From Bacteroidota bacterium (lineage in GTDB: Bacteria > Bacteroidota > Ignavibacteria > UBA10030), in NCBI GenBank assembly GCA_036518155.1, contig DATDNS010000073.1:1-30565 (forward strand): DNA of 30,565 bases. The letters are read 5' to 3'. The position numbers and the translations under genes are program-made. The notes beneath the pieces are model-generated. The model was not told the DNA's origin. It worked only from the letters and a program-made list of their open reading frames with translations, and did no database searches. Shown here piece after piece: positions 28,895 through 30,565 of the stretch. Position 1 is the stretch's first letter, and every line of letters starts with the position of its first letter.

Positions 28895-30136
28895 TCAGAC
28901 TTTCTGCCTTCTCGGCAGCCTCTTCTTCCTGAGCTTGCCATTCTTGTTTACGCGGTAGAACGTCTTGATGGGAAGGCCGTAAATCGTAATGAACCCGACG
29001 CTGGCTTTGTGGTCGAATTTGTCTTCTTCAGTGTATGTGGCGAGTTTCGTATCATAAAGTGAGTTGGGCGAGCTTCTCCCAACTACGGTGACATTTCCTT
29101 TGTACAGTTTCACTTTTACCAGGCCGTTGACTGTCTTCTGAGTCTCGTCGACAAAAGCATCGATCGATTTTTTCAACGGTGTGAACCAGAGTCCGTTGTA
29201 GATGATATCGGCGTAGTCGTTCGCGATCTTTGCCTTGTAGTGCGAGACTTCTTTGTCGAGAGTCAGGCGTTCAAGTTCGCGATGGGCAAAATGAAGCACC
29301 GTTGCGGCGGGGGCTTCGTAGATTTCGCGCGATTTGATGCCGATGAGCCGGTTCTCAACAAGATCGAGCCTTCCGACGCCGTTTGCCCCCGCCAGTTCGT
29401 TGAGCTTCTCGAGGAGCGTAATACCGTCCATCTGCGTATTGTCAAGTCCAACGGGTATGCCCTGTCTGAATTCAATGGTGACAGTTGTTGCCCGGTCGGG
29501 TGCATCTGACGGCGCGACTGTTCGCTGGTAGACATCCGCAGGAGGTTCGACCATGGGATCTTCCAGGATACCGCATTCGATGCTTGTTCCCCAGATGTTC
29601 TCATCGATCGAATAGGGGTTTGCCCTCGTAACGGTGATCGGGATACCGTGTTTTTCGCAATAGGCAATCTCCTGTTCTCTGGATCGGAATTCCCATTCCC
29701 GCAACGGCGCGAGGACTTTGATATCGGGCGCAAGAGCCGCAATGGCAACCTCGAATCGAACCTGGTCGTTGCCCTTGCCGGTGCATCCGTGCGCTATCGC
29801 CGTGCAGCGCTCTCGTTTGGCAACATCGACGAGCGCTTTGGCAAGCAGAGGACGGCCGATCGATGTCGCCATCGGATACGTATATTCATACAGGGCGCCG
29901 GTTTTCAGCGCACGCCACAAGTATTCCTCGATGAACTCCTTGCGCAGATCCTGAATGTAGACCTTTTTGGCGCCCGTTTTGTAGGCCTTCTCGGCAATCC
30001 CGCTCAGTTCTTTCTTTTGGCCGAGGTTGCCCGTGACCGTAACGATGTCTGCATCGTATTTTTCCTGGAGCCACTTCACAATGACGGAGGTGTCGAGGCC
30101 GCCGGAATAGGCGACCGCAATTCGCTGTTTCTTCAA
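28895..30136 (-). CDS. argG: Argininosuccinate synthase
   Basis: [32 protein letters not shown] and [11 protein letters not shown] start with AAGGAG RBS. Confidence 0.97.
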   Translation of the reverse strand: MKKQRIAVAYSGGLDTSVIVKWLQEKYDADIVTVTGNLGQKKELSGIAEKAYKTGAKKVYIQDLRKEFIEEYLWRALKTGALYEYTYPMATSIGRPLLAKALVDVAKRERCTAIAHGCTGKGNDQVRFEVAIAALAPDIKVLAPLREWEFRSREQEIAYCEKHGIPITVTRANPYSIDENIWGTSIECGILEDPMVEPPADVYQRTVAPSDAPDRATTVTIEFRQGIPVGLDNTQMDGITLLEKLNELAGANGVGRLDLVENRLIGIKSREIYEAPAATVLHFAHRELERLTLDKEVSHYKAKIANDYADIIYNGLWFTPLKKSIDAFVDETQKTVNGLVKVKLYKGNVTVVGRSSPNSLYDTKLATYTEEDKFDHKASVGFITIYGLPIKTFYRVNKNGKLRKKRLPRRQKV

Positions 30137-30186
30137 ATCGTTCTCCTTTTCTTTATGATCTGCCGCTTGTTACCGATTTCGCGGTA

Positions 30187-30528
30187 CTATACTACCCAAA
30201 TGATCGTCACGCCGGGATTAGCGGCTTCAAGATCCGAATCGAAGACCTGCCCGCACACGCGCCTCATTTCCTGTGTAAGTTTGTTGTGAACAGAATATTG
30301 TTCGCCTGCAATGACGCCCCGAATTCTGCGCTTGTTGCGATACGACCAATTCAATACCGTCTCCTTCAATGTGCCGCCCCTGCCCGATTTTCCATAGCCG
30401 TGGATAATCTTCAGTACACGCGTGCCGGCTGACTTCTTCATCGACCGGAGCAACTCATCAAGAACCTTCTCGGCATCATCTGCCCTCATCGGAGGATGAG
30501 CAATATCGAGAATGCGCAAAGAGTTCAT
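30187..30528 (-). CDS. Stand-alone Smr (small MutS-related) domain protein
   Basis: 113 aa with ILDIAH..., VLKIIHGYGKSGRGGTLK and terminal NPGVTIIWV typical of Smr domains. AGGA RBS. Confidence 0.82.
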   Translation of the reverse strand: MNSLRILDIAHPPMRADDAEKVLDELLRSMKKSAGTRVLKIIHGYGKSGRGGTLKETVLNWSYRNKRRIRGVIAGEQYSVHNKLTQEMRRVCGQVFDSDLEAANPGVTIIWVV

Positions 30529-30565
30529 GTTCCTGACCTACGCCGGGAGTTCTTTCAAGTGCTCA

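Overview
Bacterial chromosomal DNA, mostly housekeeping, with an accessory centre. The gene order (murG-X-murC-murB-ftsQ-ftsA-ftsZ, no ddl), clear Shine-Dalgarno use and a TTGACA-type promoter suggest an Ignavibacteria/Chlorobi-related FCB-group organism; this is inference and no database search was run. (1) 1-8736: the distal division and cell wall (dcw) cluster (murD partial, ftsW, murG, an unknown 2-TM protein, murC, murB, ftsQ, ftsA, ftsZ), ending at a bidirectional terminator. (2) 8833-12515, minus strand: a sigma70 promoter, a complete SAM-I riboswitch with terminator and antiterminator, then metY, metX and a FabG-like SDR. (3) 12606-16781: a DUF4159 protein and a large DUF4175-like membrane-anchored coiled-coil protein. 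(4) 17162-20858: an ECF sigma and zinc-binding anti-sigma with a sigmaE-type upstream promoter, followed by three unknown membrane proteins, two of them 3-TM proteins with pilin-like ectodomains, plus a convergent membrane gene. (5) 20974-25280: an extended SDR, a CPBP protease, an AUR1/PAP2-like enzyme and a DUF4139 protein. (6) 25364-30528, minus strand: an Smr protein, argG, a multidomain amidase and argH. No tRNA, rRNA, CRISPR array or mobile element was recognised. The best candidates for undescribed biology are the ECF-linked pilin-like membrane operon, the unknown protein inside the dcw cluster, a 14-bp duplication that uncouples murC from murB, and the SDR-CPBP-AUR1 lipid-type cluster.
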